64,000 nt of DNA from Setoptus koraiensis (Eukaryota > Animalia > Arthropoda): contig CM106585.1 of the NCBI GenBank assembly GCA_048013815.1, positions 7,378,001 through 7,442,000 on the forward strand. Direction: 5' to 3'. This document shows, one piece after another, positions 24,473-36,000 of this stretch. Within the stretch, counting starts at the first letter, position 1, and each line of letters opens with the position of its first letter. The position numbers and the translations under genes are program-made. The notes under the pieces are model-generated. The model was not told the origin of the DNA, made no database searches, and was given only the letters and a program-made list of their open reading frames with translations.

Positions 24473-24544
24473 TATACTTGCTAGGATTCGAACCTAGACA
24501 CTTGAATATACGTTTCAATGCTCTGCCAGTTAAGCTACAAGTCG
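24473..24544 (-). pseudogene. tRNA-like sequence (tRNA pseudogene or SINE head), nominal GTA anticodon
   Basis: A box TAGCTTAACTGG, anticodon stem TTGAA/TTCAA with loop ACGTATA, T arm CTAGG-TTCGAAT-CCTAG, acceptor stem only 5/7 paired, position 33 is C not T; TTTTT follows at 24467-24463. Confidence 0.7.
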
Positions 24545-24888
24545 GTTCCTTTATCAGTGTAGACTATGTCCCTTATATGCATACCCTGTCCGTTACACAT
24601 GTGCGTCTGAATATCGCTTGCATGCTCTTTGTGAGCGATAAGTTGAGAGAATAAACTTTCCAGAATTCTGCGGCTGAGTGATGAGCCCATGAGAATCTGA
24701 ACAACGATCAACCAACCAACCATGAAACCAACCAAGAAACCAACCAATCAAGAAACCAACCAACCAAGAAACCAGTTGAGTACCAAACTGATGCCAATAC
24801 CCAGAGACGAATCGAAGAGATAAGAAGAAGACCAAAAGAAAGAAAAGGGAGACAAGACACAAAATTAAGTTTAAAAAAAAATATTTAT

Positions 24889-25470
24889 TTAAGGCAAAAA
24901 GAAGTCCCGGTAGTCCACCCGGTTTCTACGGGGTCGGAGCCGACCAACGGCACCCGCCCGCTCCTCCTCACGCTCTCGGGCTCGAGCTTTGCGCTGTCTA
25001 GCCCGCTCTTCGCGACGGCGAGCCTCTCGCTCCTTTTCGCGGAAGGCTCGCATCCACTCACGGTGGCAGCGAGCTGTATAACGGCGCAATAGGCGCGGCC
25101 GACGTCGACGGGAGATCCTCGCGAAGTCCACGTTGTGGACGCAGGAGGTCTCGTCATATCCGTACCAGCGGACGTGGTACAACATCGCCCCAGCGATGCC
25201 AATCCGGCGATGGCCGATCACCTCCACGATTCCATAATGATCGTCGTAGATGGGTCCAGGACTGTTGTGCCTTCATGGAGGCATACCGATTAACCAAACT
25301 TCGGCCCAAAAAGTGATATCTTGCCGGCAAATGTGGCACGTATTGGGCCCCCGTTGGCGGCGGAGCGTTTCAACCATACATGGCTGGCACGCCATATGAC
25401 TACATGGCGTGGTAACCATGAAGTCATCAAAGCACATGATGTCTAAACATATTGGGCAAGGGAAAACCAT
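24889..25470 (-). pseudogene. Intronless RING-HC finger plus chromodomain protein with basic tail; one internal TGA
   Basis: ORFs 25273-25617 and 24889-25227 share one frame. CPIC...CSHMACQPC...CHIC (C3HC4 RING) is followed by TGA 25273-25275, then HYGIVEVIGHRRIGIAGAMLYHVRWYGYDET (chromodomain) and an R/E-rich tail ending LRPRRNRVDYRDFFLP. CAAAATG start context; AATAAA overlaps the stop. Confidence 0.75.
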
Positions 25471-26199
25471 TTTGCAGCAGTTGAAATAATAATAGATGTT
25501 TACTGAATTTAAGAAGAAGCAAGACTGAACAAAAAGAGTGAAAGTAGCGAACAAAGTGGACGATCGATCGATCAACAATGGGGAAGAAAGTGCGTTATTG
25601 CTGTGGTCAATCAACACGTACTAATCAGGCACGGCACGTCTTCGAAACATAAACAAGATAGCAAATTTATTTATGGCGACGATGGCGACAAAGTGTCCAA
25701 TTTACAGCTCGCTATTTCAAAACGATTTCTTCAAGTTTTGGCATCACTAACATTTCGATAACAACTTGCGCTATCATCGAGACAGCGCCTGAGCGTGATA
25801 CTGCTCTAACTACGAATTTCGCCAATTTCCATATGGTCTTGAGTTTATGTTAAGCGAATGCATTTTTGAACTTGATTCTATCCGAAGACTCTCTGATTGT
25901 ATCGCTATATCGCGTTACAGTTTTATAAAGTTAGTTTTGTACTTATTTTGTTAGTTAGTTTTTAGCGCTTAATTTTAATTAAGTAGCTACTGGGGTGGTG
26001 ATGATGGATACGTTTATTCACGTGACTATGCAATCCTATGGAGGTTTGACTTAGTCAAATTTGTGAGGATCCTGCTCGACATTACACATGTATTCCGATG
26101 TAGATTTGACTTGGTCTATTATCGCTTTACTCGAAAATATTTCGTATGCAATTCTATGGAGATTTGACTAGGTCACATTTGTGCGCAGTTCGGTGGTGA

Positions 26200-28300
26200 C
26201 AAATCGAACTTCAAAATTGAAAATTCGAATTCCTAATGATAGTTACAGCTGCTCGTTCGATGTTCGACGGTCAGAGTTCGATGTTCGATGGTAACAATTC
26301 GAACTTCAAAATTCGAAAATTGAAAATTCGAATTTCGGTTATACTTGCGAAGTGGGCACCCATCAGATTGGGGTATTTTGGGTATTTTTGGGTAGGGTAT
26401 AGTACCCTGATACCAGATTGGGTATTTATAAGATGTAGAAACTTACGGTTTCCGAGGTACCCGAGGTACCGCACAGTGGGCGTTTTGTGATACCCGACGA
26501 CCGCTAGCGGTTCCCACTTCTTTTTTTGAAGATAATTTTGTTACAGCAAGGTACAGTCGAGTATTTTGAACTCAGTAGTCGTATACCGGAAGTGTTAAAA
26601 TGAACCCGATGTGCGATACCAGGGTTTACCCGGGTATTTCGGGTATCCGAGTTAGTAATAGGCTGCGCGAGGGTAATAATCACAACCGCATGAGTGCGGC
26701 ATGACCGTTGCGGGTAGCGCGCGGTACCCGGGGTACCCATGCTCACCCGTCAATCCCCGGCGCACGCGAAATTCATTTTTAGCGAGATTCATGAATATTA
26801 TCACCAAGGTAGATACCACACTCGGGACCGCACCTGTGATGGGTCTGAGAACTCGGCCTGCGGCCTCGTAATCTGGAGGCCGTCACATCTCCGTCGTCGC
26901 TCCCGCGACGACTGCGTGCGACGGGAACCCTTCGGGTAGGGTTGATGAGCGCTTCGGGTATCGGGCTGCGCCCTCTACCCTCCGCTCACATGACTGCAAA
27001 CCAAAGACGAGAGTAAGAGACAAGAAGAAAAGTTGAAAGCCTCGGAACATGATTCAAGCGCTTCGACGACTTGTGTGGCGACATGTCTGAGCCTCTCGGC
27101 GCACGTATTTTCTCGTGCGCGCGAATATTTCGTCCCGGGCGGAATACCCGCGCGGTTTTACCTGAATATCTCTGGATCCGGAAGTCGCACAGGCATGAAA
27201 TGGACTACATTGTACTGAGAATGAATGTAGTCTGCTGCATACCAAGTTTCATGTCTCTAGCTCGAAGTTGAAGCTGAAACCGGAAGGAGTAATTTCTACA
27301 CTTCCGGTCTAGAAGAATCGTCATCAGGGGCCTCTAGAGTACCCACATGGTGAGTTTCGTAGTGATCTGATGGGTGCCCACTTCGCAAGAACACCCCGAA
27401 TTTCTTATGATAGTTTCGTCTGCTCTGTCGATGTTTGATAGTCAGAGTTCGCTGGTCAGAGTTCGATGGTCACAATTCGAATTTCGAACTTCGAACTTCG
27501 AACTTCAAACTTCAAACTTCAAACTTCAAACTTCAAACTTCAAACTTCAAACTTCGAAATTCGAAATTCTAAATTGAAAATTCTAATTCCTAATGATAGT
27601 TTCGTCTGCTCGTTCGATGTTCGACGGTCAGAGTTCGATGTTCGATAGTCACAATTCGATGGTCACAATTCGAACTTCGAAATTCGAAAATTGAAAATCC
27701 GAATTTCTTATGATAGTTTCGTCTGCTCTGTCGATGTTTGATGGTCAGTGTTCGATGTCCGAGGTTCGATGGTCACAATTCGAACTTCGATATTCGAAAT
27801 TGATGCACAATAACTAAGTGTGCGCCATTGACTAATTGGTGTGTCTAACTAAATTACTCATTGTGGCGAAACTGACCATTAGAATCTTACCAAAATCCGT
27901 ACGCATGCAATCAACATGTGAATCATGCTGCGAAAGAAATTTGGAGTTCCAAGTGCTTGTACAGAGTTCGATGGTCACAATTCGAAGTTCGCTGGTGACA
28001 ATTCGAAGTTCGCTGGTGACAATTCGAACTTCGAAATCCGAAATTGAAAATTCGAATTTCCGATACTAGTTCCAAGTGCTCGTACAGAGTTCGATGGTCA
28101 CAATTCAAAGTTCGCTGGTGACAATTCGAAGTTCGATGGTGACAATTCGAACTTCGAAATCCGAAATTGAAAATTCGAATTTCCGATACTAGTTCCAAGT
28201 GCTCGTACAGAGTTCGATGGTCACAATTCAAAGTTCGCTGGTGACAATTCGAAGTTCGATGGTCACATTACGAACTTCGAGATTCAAAATTGATGCACTA
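26200..28300. repeat. TTCGAA-rich degenerate satellite with higher-order structure
   Basis: GTTCGATGGTCACAATTCGAACTTCGAAA-type units; 7-bp AACTTC(A/G) run ~27478-27560; 123-bp period at 27945/28068/28191; a ~165-bp unique block repeated at ~27780-27945 and ~28270-28437. Confidence 0.88.
26337..27396 (+). mobile_element. Non-autonomous DNA transposon copy A (1060 bp), GG...CC ends, 8-bp TSD; Merlin-like by inference
   Basis: Perfect 25-bp subterminal IR CTTGCGAAGTGGGCACCCATCAGAT at 26344-26368 and 27365-27389; TSD CGAATTTC at 26329-26336 and 27397-27404; inserted in the satellite. Confidence 0.82.
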
Positions 28301-28639
28301 TAACAAAGTGTGCGCCATTGACTAATTGGTGTGTCCAACTTAATTACTCATTGCGGCGAAACTGACTATTAGAATCTTACTAAATTCCATACGCAAGCAA
28401 TCGACATGTGTATCATGCTGCGATAGAAATTGGGAGAACTTGTATTCATTCTGTCATCTTTTCGGCTATTCTGATCGTCAGGCATAGATGATTATCTCCG
28501 GCATGTTGTCACATACTCGCATCCATATTCCAACGATCAACTTCTGTCACCCAGTCTAACCGTCACTGTGCTACTCACGCCCAGCACTACTAAGCGTATC
28601 ATAAATACTAGAAGGACTTACTAGTCATATCGAGTAGTT

Positions 28640-30025
28640 TCTACTGTGCTGTAATCTTCTAGTTACAACGCTCCTAGCTTCCCGTGCGCCAAGTCTGAAT
28701 TGTACGCCGATTGGCTTCCTCTGTGCCGAATTCATCTAGTTAGCATCGCAGCATTGAGCGTGTTACTCTTGTCTAGTTTTATCTACATTAGCATCAACAC
28801 TGCTGAGAAGCAGCAGTCATTCTGAATAGCTTCGACTGTTCTACAATCTTCTAGTTCTGATGCCCCCTGAGCGTGCTACACTCGTCTAGTTTTATCTACA
28901 ACAGCATTAACAGCGCTGGGAAGCAGTAGTTATTCTGGATAGCTTCTACTGTACTACAATCTTCGGGTGTTCTTGCGAAGTGGGCGTAGACCAGATCGCG
29001 ACCGAACTCACGGTGTGAGTACCTTAGAGGTCCCTGATGAGAAATATTTTGGACCGGAAGTGTAGAAACTTCCGGTTCCGGTTTTAGCTTCATCTTTGAG
29101 ATACAGCCTTGAAACTCGGTATGTTGGTATATCAGACTACTACAACCTCGATGACATCATTTTCAAATCTCTACAACTTCCGGTTCTCGAGATATTCAGG
29201 AAATTTGCATGTATGGGCGAATCTAGGCCGGTCTGGGTCTGTTCAAAGTAAAAATCTTAAACCCAGAGCACAGGGTGACACGCATTCATGGACAAAACCC
29301 GGCCCGATCACGGGCCCCGCCCACTCGACTCCCAGTCCTCGGGAAGAATCTTTTTTAGTTAGGTGGCCGTCAGTCGTCCCGCCGGAGGCCGCAGGCCGTA
29401 GGCGTGGACGACTGGAGGCCGAACCCCTCCTCCGGCCCGGGCCCAAGCTGCATGGCAGACGGAAGGGCTGTTGTATATTATACACAAGTGAGCATGGGTA
29501 CCCCTTGTACCTCGTGCTACCCGCAACGGTCATGCCGCACTCATGCGGTTGTGATTATTACCCTCGCGTAGCCTATTACATACTCGGGTACCTGAAATAC
29601 CCGGGTAAACCCTCGTATCGCACCTCGGGTTCATTTTCACACTTCCGGTATAGTATTTCTGAGCTCAGAATACTCGACTGTACCTCGCTGTAACAAAAAT
29701 ACCTTAAAAAAAGCAGTGGGAACCGCTAGCGGTCGTCGGGTATCTCAAAACGCCCACTGTGCGGTACCTCGGGTAACTCGGAAACCGTAAGTTTCTACAT
29801 ATCATAAATACCCATTCTGGTATCAGGGTACTATACCCTACCCAAAAATACCCAAAATACCCAGATCGGATCTACGCCCACTTCGCAAGTATAACCCAAT
29901 CTTCTAGTTCTGACGCCACTAGCTTCCAGTGCACTAGATCCGAATTGTATACAGCTAGCCTTCTGCTGTGCTAAATTCATTTAACTAGCAACTCAGCATT
30001 GAGCGTGCTAATCGCGTCTAGTTAG
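28640..30025. repeat. Second degenerate tandem repeat family (~113-bp period), interrupted by MITE copy B
   Basis: TGAGCGTG...TCTAGTTTTATCTACA...CTACAATCTTCTAGTTCTGA units at 28755 and 28868; related sequence at ~28640-28775 and 29897-30020. Confidence 0.7.
28965..29896 (-). mobile_element. Non-autonomous DNA transposon copy B (932 bp), same family as copy A, opposite orientation
   Basis: IR CTTGCGAAGTGGGCGTAGAYCMGATC (24/26) at 28972-28997 and 29864-29889; TSD CAATCTTC at 28957-28964 and 29897-29904; 29488-29896 is the near reverse complement of 26337-26746. Confidence 0.85.
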
Positions 30026-30060
30026 TGTTTCTCGCGCATAGCATACTGTGTGCCAAATTT

Positions 30061-30560
30061 NNNNNNNNNNNNNNNNNNNNNNNNNNNNNNNNNNNNNNNN
30101 NNNNNNNNNNNNNNNNNNNNNNNNNNNNNNNNNNNNNNNNNNNNNNNNNNNNNNNNNNNNNNNNNNNNNNNNNNNNNNNNNNNNNNNNNNNNNNNNNNNN
30201 NNNNNNNNNNNNNNNNNNNNNNNNNNNNNNNNNNNNNNNNNNNNNNNNNNNNNNNNNNNNNNNNNNNNNNNNNNNNNNNNNNNNNNNNNNNNNNNNNNNN
30301 NNNNNNNNNNNNNNNNNNNNNNNNNNNNNNNNNNNNNNNNNNNNNNNNNNNNNNNNNNNNNNNNNNNNNNNNNNNNNNNNNNNNNNNNNNNNNNNNNNNN
30401 NNNNNNNNNNNNNNNNNNNNNNNNNNNNNNNNNNNNNNNNNNNNNNNNNNNNNNNNNNNNNNNNNNNNNNNNNNNNNNNNNNNNNNNNNNNNNNNNNNNN
30501 NNNNNNNNNNNNNNNNNNNNNNNNNNNNNNNNNNNNNNNNNNNNNNNNNNNNNNNNNNNN
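30061..30560. other. Assembly gap (500 N)
   Basis: Run of N; true length unknown. Confidence 1.
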
Positions 30561-31902
30561 CCCGATTACGCCAGACCAATTAAAGGCTGATCTTCGTGAC
30601 TTCGGACAACCCAATGTCAATCTTTGGATCAGTCTCGACAAAGGTCTTGGGTTTCTGAGGGCTACATATGGTTAAAAATGTAACATATTTAATGTAAATG
30701 GGCCCTCAGAACCTCTGGCAACAGGAATCAATGTCACCTTATTATTCCTGAAATCGCATTCATACCTTTGTTGCCTTCTCAGAAACTATCGAAGTATAAG
30801 TGGAAATTTCATATCTGATCCACTAAATTTGCTAGCCGCAGAGGACATCAGGCAAAGTCAAATTGACGATGTCCTCGAATGTCTCCACATAAGAGAGGCT
30901 TGCGTCATAAGACAGTTAATTCAGACGCGAAATGACACATGCGGTTAAGCAAATTTTTGTGTGCCTTTGATGAGTTTATTAAACTGCTAGAAACTCATGG
31001 GCAAGTACACCGAAGTCTGACGTATCCCGCACATGAAGTAGCAGAGAGAATGGACATTTTCGGGAGGGTAGCTGAAGCCTCTGCCTAAAAGAGTAAGGGA
31101 GAGGGATCCTGGAATTTTTCAAAAGTGGATAAATCGTTCATGGGAACCTGCCCCTTCTGCGATGACTTCAAATTAAAACAATCAGCGAAAAACCCATATC
31201 AATGTCGATCTGCTCACTTAAAGTGGCATCTCACGAATAATAATTATACGAAGAGATTTATAAACATTAAACATTATACTATGTACTAGCCTGAGCTCAT
31301 ATTATTATAAAATTAAATAGATTCAAGAAAAAACTTATGTCCAAACCATATAACGTTTGATGATATGTAAACCATCATTGGTATCAAATACCCTTGTATC
31401 GCCATAAAATGAATTAAAAACAAATGGTTATCAATAATGTTCGTCCAATCAGAGTCAAACAATTAGTCTCCAAACGTGGACGTTTGGAATTTAAGATGGG
31501 GGGATGTTGAGACCGTACCCTGCCGACCATGCTACCCAAGGTACCTGATGTGAAATAAATGCGATGTGTATCATTCAATAGTCTATGCGATGTAGACTCA
31601 AACCCCTCGTGAAGATACATGCGATGTGTATCATTCAGTAGTCTATGCGATTCAAACTTCTTGTATCACATTACTAATTAAGGTTTGCCGATCAAAAACT
31701 AATTAACGGCCGAATTGGTAAACAACCTATTGACAAACGATCAAATATCGTCTGACGATGGTTCTGGAAATAGACTATCGACGGACAGAATGAGTAGAAA
31801 TACAACCGGTCGATCCATGGATCGGCAGTCTGGTTTTTGGAAGAGAAAACATCTCCAAGATGGATTCAATATGCCACTATAAATAAATAATGCTAAGAAG
31901 CT

Positions 31903-32040
31903 ATGATTTTAATAGCTATAGAAATATCCCTAGTAGTTATTATTGTTTATGTTTGCTTGGTATTGTACCAAGCTGGTGGAGACCCCATTAATACAGTTAA
32001 GAACCTAGTAAATAGTGTTCTAGCGCCACTCTACGTGTGA
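31903..32040 (+). CDS. Possible 45-aa single-pass membrane micropeptide
   Basis: MILIAIEISLVVIIVYVCLVLYQAGGDPINTVKNLVNSVLAPLYV*; non-repetitive hydrophobic N-terminal ~22 aa; TATAAATA ~25 nt upstream. No homology recognised. Confidence 0.25.
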   Translation: MILIAIEISLVVIIVYVCLVLYQAGGDPINTVKNLVNSVLAPLYV

Positions 32041-33071
32041 CTAACGTAGCCCAACGCTTACACTATAGAAGTATAGTTTAAACGTACTTCACAGCACACG
32101 AGAAAATACATGCGCCCAGAGAATAGGAAATGTCGGCACACAACAGCGACAGCTATCTCATAAATGTCGCAAGGTCGCTCTCACAATGTCAGTCCCTAAT
32201 GTGATACAAAACACGATTTGCATAACAAATCGATGTATATGAATGTATTCGACAACGACGGTCAAAATCGAACAAGAAAACCGGATGTCGCTACCTGTGC
32301 ACGGCCTGTAATCGAGCTGAATTAACACGATCGTTGTTGTACTGGCTAGACGAGATAGACTTCCTGAAGCAATTGATATAGCAACAATCAATCAAAGTAT
32401 AGAAACTAAACTCACGTCAAGCGATCTTTGAATCATATATATCTCGCGCTAGATATTGTGCATGCATACCCTAAAATGGCTCTAAGATGGTTTCGTGTTA
32501 TCATTGTTTCCGAACCTAATAATTATCAGACATCATGCGATACTACCCCTCCCAGGCCTGAATGTAGTGAATCCAAGTGTGCTTTCCAAGCGACAACCAA
32601 ATACTACCAAATTGAGTATTTAGATATGTTTACGTTTATCTATATACAAAACTTTTCTTTATTGTACATCGTGTAATACCTGATAATATGCATTTAGTTA
32701 ATGGTAACGATGATACTAATATTGTGTGTGTGTTCAATTGTGATAGACGATTCGTGTCTTGGCCAACGACCCAAATCAACTACTTTGGTTCTCTCTTATG
32801 TGGTGTAGTGTCACGAACACACACACTGGGGTCCTGTCCCATGGTAGTTGTAGTTTCAATAATAATCATATCACTGATGGGATTGTTCAGATCGTCGTCA
32901 TCAGTAGTTGTAAATCAATTAACAATAATTACATAAATAGGATTGTTGTGGTCGATGATATTGGCGAGAGACTAGCGACGGCGCCACATTACCGCATCAA
33001 TTTGAAGATATTTACAGTTACAAGTGAACATTTTTCACAAGGGGTGGGGGTGTCTTGGTCGATAAATGAAA

Positions 33072-36000
33072 TCATAATTGTCGCTCATCTAATGTTATAT
33101 TTCCATTGATAGTTCCGTTGCCGTTTGAATAGGAGCGTAATTTTTTCTCTTGGTGCCTCCTGACGATCACATAGGCCATTATTATGGCTATGGGCAGCAT
33201 CACTAACATTGTCAAAGCTAATATCAAATATTGTGAACTTGCCTGTATAAAAAATCCACCTGACCAAGATGACGAGAATGGTCTATTTGTGTATTCGTCC
33301 ACTAAGAACTTGACCACCTCTGGCTCGTTCCATTCAATAGTCTCGTCGAATGATTTAGTCGAACCTAATGACTCTCTTACGTATCTAGGAACTTTTGTGT
33401 AACAATCTGGGCAAATGTCATAAGTAGGATAGGCCACCTTTGGGTATTGTTGTTCATTTGTATTACTATCGAGCGTTAATCTCTTATTGACTCTATTGTG
33501 TGTTTTCCACAACCATAATAATGAGAAATTGTTGTGCTCATGCCGTCTGATACGTTCCATACTCAAATCGGACGATTCCTCTTCAAAGTGATCAGCACAT
33601 TCGCTGCAACTAAAAAAGAATCTGATGTAATCACGCATAACCATTAATACAGGTGGAGGTAGATTATTGTTTAGATCATTGCTCAATATTGATCTGTCGG
33701 ATAATATGCTACTGTGGCCAGAGGAACCGAGAGAAGGATATTGAGGAGGCGAATTATAAGCGCCATTGTCCACTGTTAGCGACAACGATGCCGAAGTCGA
33801 TCCAGAGGGGCCGTTGCTTGGCTCTATAGGGGCCTCGTTTTTGTTACTAATAACGGACATTTTCATCATTTGACTGTTGGCATCAGTCTCGTCTTGATGA
33901 TCGTTGTTGTTATTGTTGTTGCTGCCGTCGCCACTGGTTGCGCCTAATACGTTTGAAGTTGCCTGTTGTTGGCTGGCGTCCCGAGAGATCGGTTGTTGTT
34001 GCTGCTGTTGCAACTGCCGATTTATAAGCAATTGGTTTTTACGATATTCGAATGCCACTAAAGTGTGAAACAAACGCCACAATCCGCATGGATAACCACC
34101 TTTTCCGGGGTTGCTCTCTTGGCAGATTTGCCAATGTTTTACGTTTGGTAAGCGTTTGCCTTCCAATTCCAGGCGCTTCAGCTCTAATTTCAGATCGACA
34201 ACATTGAAGGATGAGCTAGCAGGTCCGGATGAGCTCGCTGACAATTGTTGTTGCTGTTTCAGTAGATAATCGTAAAGTGCCTGGATGAACTGCACTGAAG
34301 AGTCATCATCGAATGGATAATACATTTTGAGTGTCCACACTAAATTCACTAGAGTATCCAATCTTTCTAGTTGCTGTTGAGGACTCAAATCGCGAATTGA
34401 AGCTGCACTGCGCGGAATCTCAGTGAAAAACATATACCTCATCGCCCTGTTCATATCGGGTCTATCCTTCAGCGAGGCCGAATCCAGTGAAGATGATGCT
34501 CCATTAGATTGTTGTGATGTGCCAGTTGTTGATAGTCGTGATGATCTGTTGTCGCTTCCGTCTTTGGCTAGTTGTCCAGGCGCCGATTGTGAAGTTAAAC
34601 GAAGATAATTGTCCAATAAATGCTCCAATTTGTTGCTATCACTCGAGCTTTTGATTGTTTCGTCATACTGTTTTAAAGCTCCAACAAACGCTAGATCCTC
34701 TTCGGTTTCGCTATACGTCTGCTTGATAAAACTGGTTATAGACTCCAGACTGTTATTATCACCTACCTTGTCCGACGTTGTACTTCTCCTTCTTCTCGAT
34801 TGTTGATTATCCTGAGATGATTTTGACGATTTTGCCGACAATTGATCCAATGACAAAACATCGACCAACAGATTGGTGCTTGTTTGTCTGTCCACGTGAA
34901 TTAATAGCAGTTGGTTAGAGGTTCCAGCGGCCACTTGCTGCAGTTTGTTAAGTTCGGCCTCTAGTCGTTGTGTGGCCGTCGATTTATTTATATTATTGGT
35001 CATTGTGTCGTCGCCGTTATTGTGGGTGGCTCTTTTTGATTTAATTTGTTTTTCCTTTAATTGAATCAGATCCTCAATGAGTGGTTTATTTTCGTTTGAG
35101 TGCACGAAACGAATTGCCTTAAATGTTGCCGTGGAGCTAAGATCCATCAAAATATTCAATCCACGCAACGATTGTTCCCTGGGAAGCGGATCTATTATTA
35201 GAAACAACTCGGGCCTCGGGTGACCGTCGGACAATTGCGCCAGGCTAGTCTCTTGAACTGCCAGTAAATTTGGCCAGGTATTGGGTATGTTATCTGGCTT
35301 TTGTTCTGCGTTTGCTTTTCTTGCGTAACGATCTAAATATTTTACTGTGTCGTCTTTGAGATTATTAAAATCTTGCATATAATACTCGAGAGTATTTTGC
35401 ATTTGTTCCACTGGCACCGTATCCTTATATCTAGCAATAATTTGATCCTTGTCACTATCGCCTCCTCTCAATTGCAACAATTGTTTAGCTAGACTCTCAC
35501 TTGGCGGCGGATACATCTTAAGTGCGGGCACTCCCGTTATAGACCATTTGAGACCCAAATCAGTGTTGCTGTGATCGGATAAATCAATGACGCCCACTCT
35601 AAATATTGTGCGCCAATTGTGAACACTTTGGGCGAATTTCACCATGGTAGACTTAAATTGTCTGCATCTTCCGCAATAGGCCACATAAAATTCAACCATT
35701 TTTATATGATGAAAGGGTTCTTTCAATTGTAGGATCTCATGGTGAAAGTTGTAGGAATCTAATAGAGTAACATTATCATTTGCCCTATAGAGCGATGCGT
35801 CGACTAGCATAAACAATTGATTGTTGTTGTTGTTGTTTCTTCTGTAATTAGAAGTAGAAGTAGTTAGTTGATTGTGTGAAGTAGTAGAATATAACTGTTT
35901 AAAATTAAACAAGTTATTAGTGAATGGCGAGCTTGTTTGTGGTAACAATAGAGCAAGCAAACAGTAAAATATAACGGCCATCGCGGGTATCCTTAGATGG

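Noticed and set aside
30018-30675. Long ORFs in the track spanning the gap
   Set aside because: Artefacts of translating N.
30561-31700. Post-gap AT-rich sequence with protein-like fragments and a ~35-bp tandem duplication (~31557 and ~31617)
   Set aside because: No assignable family; frames broken.
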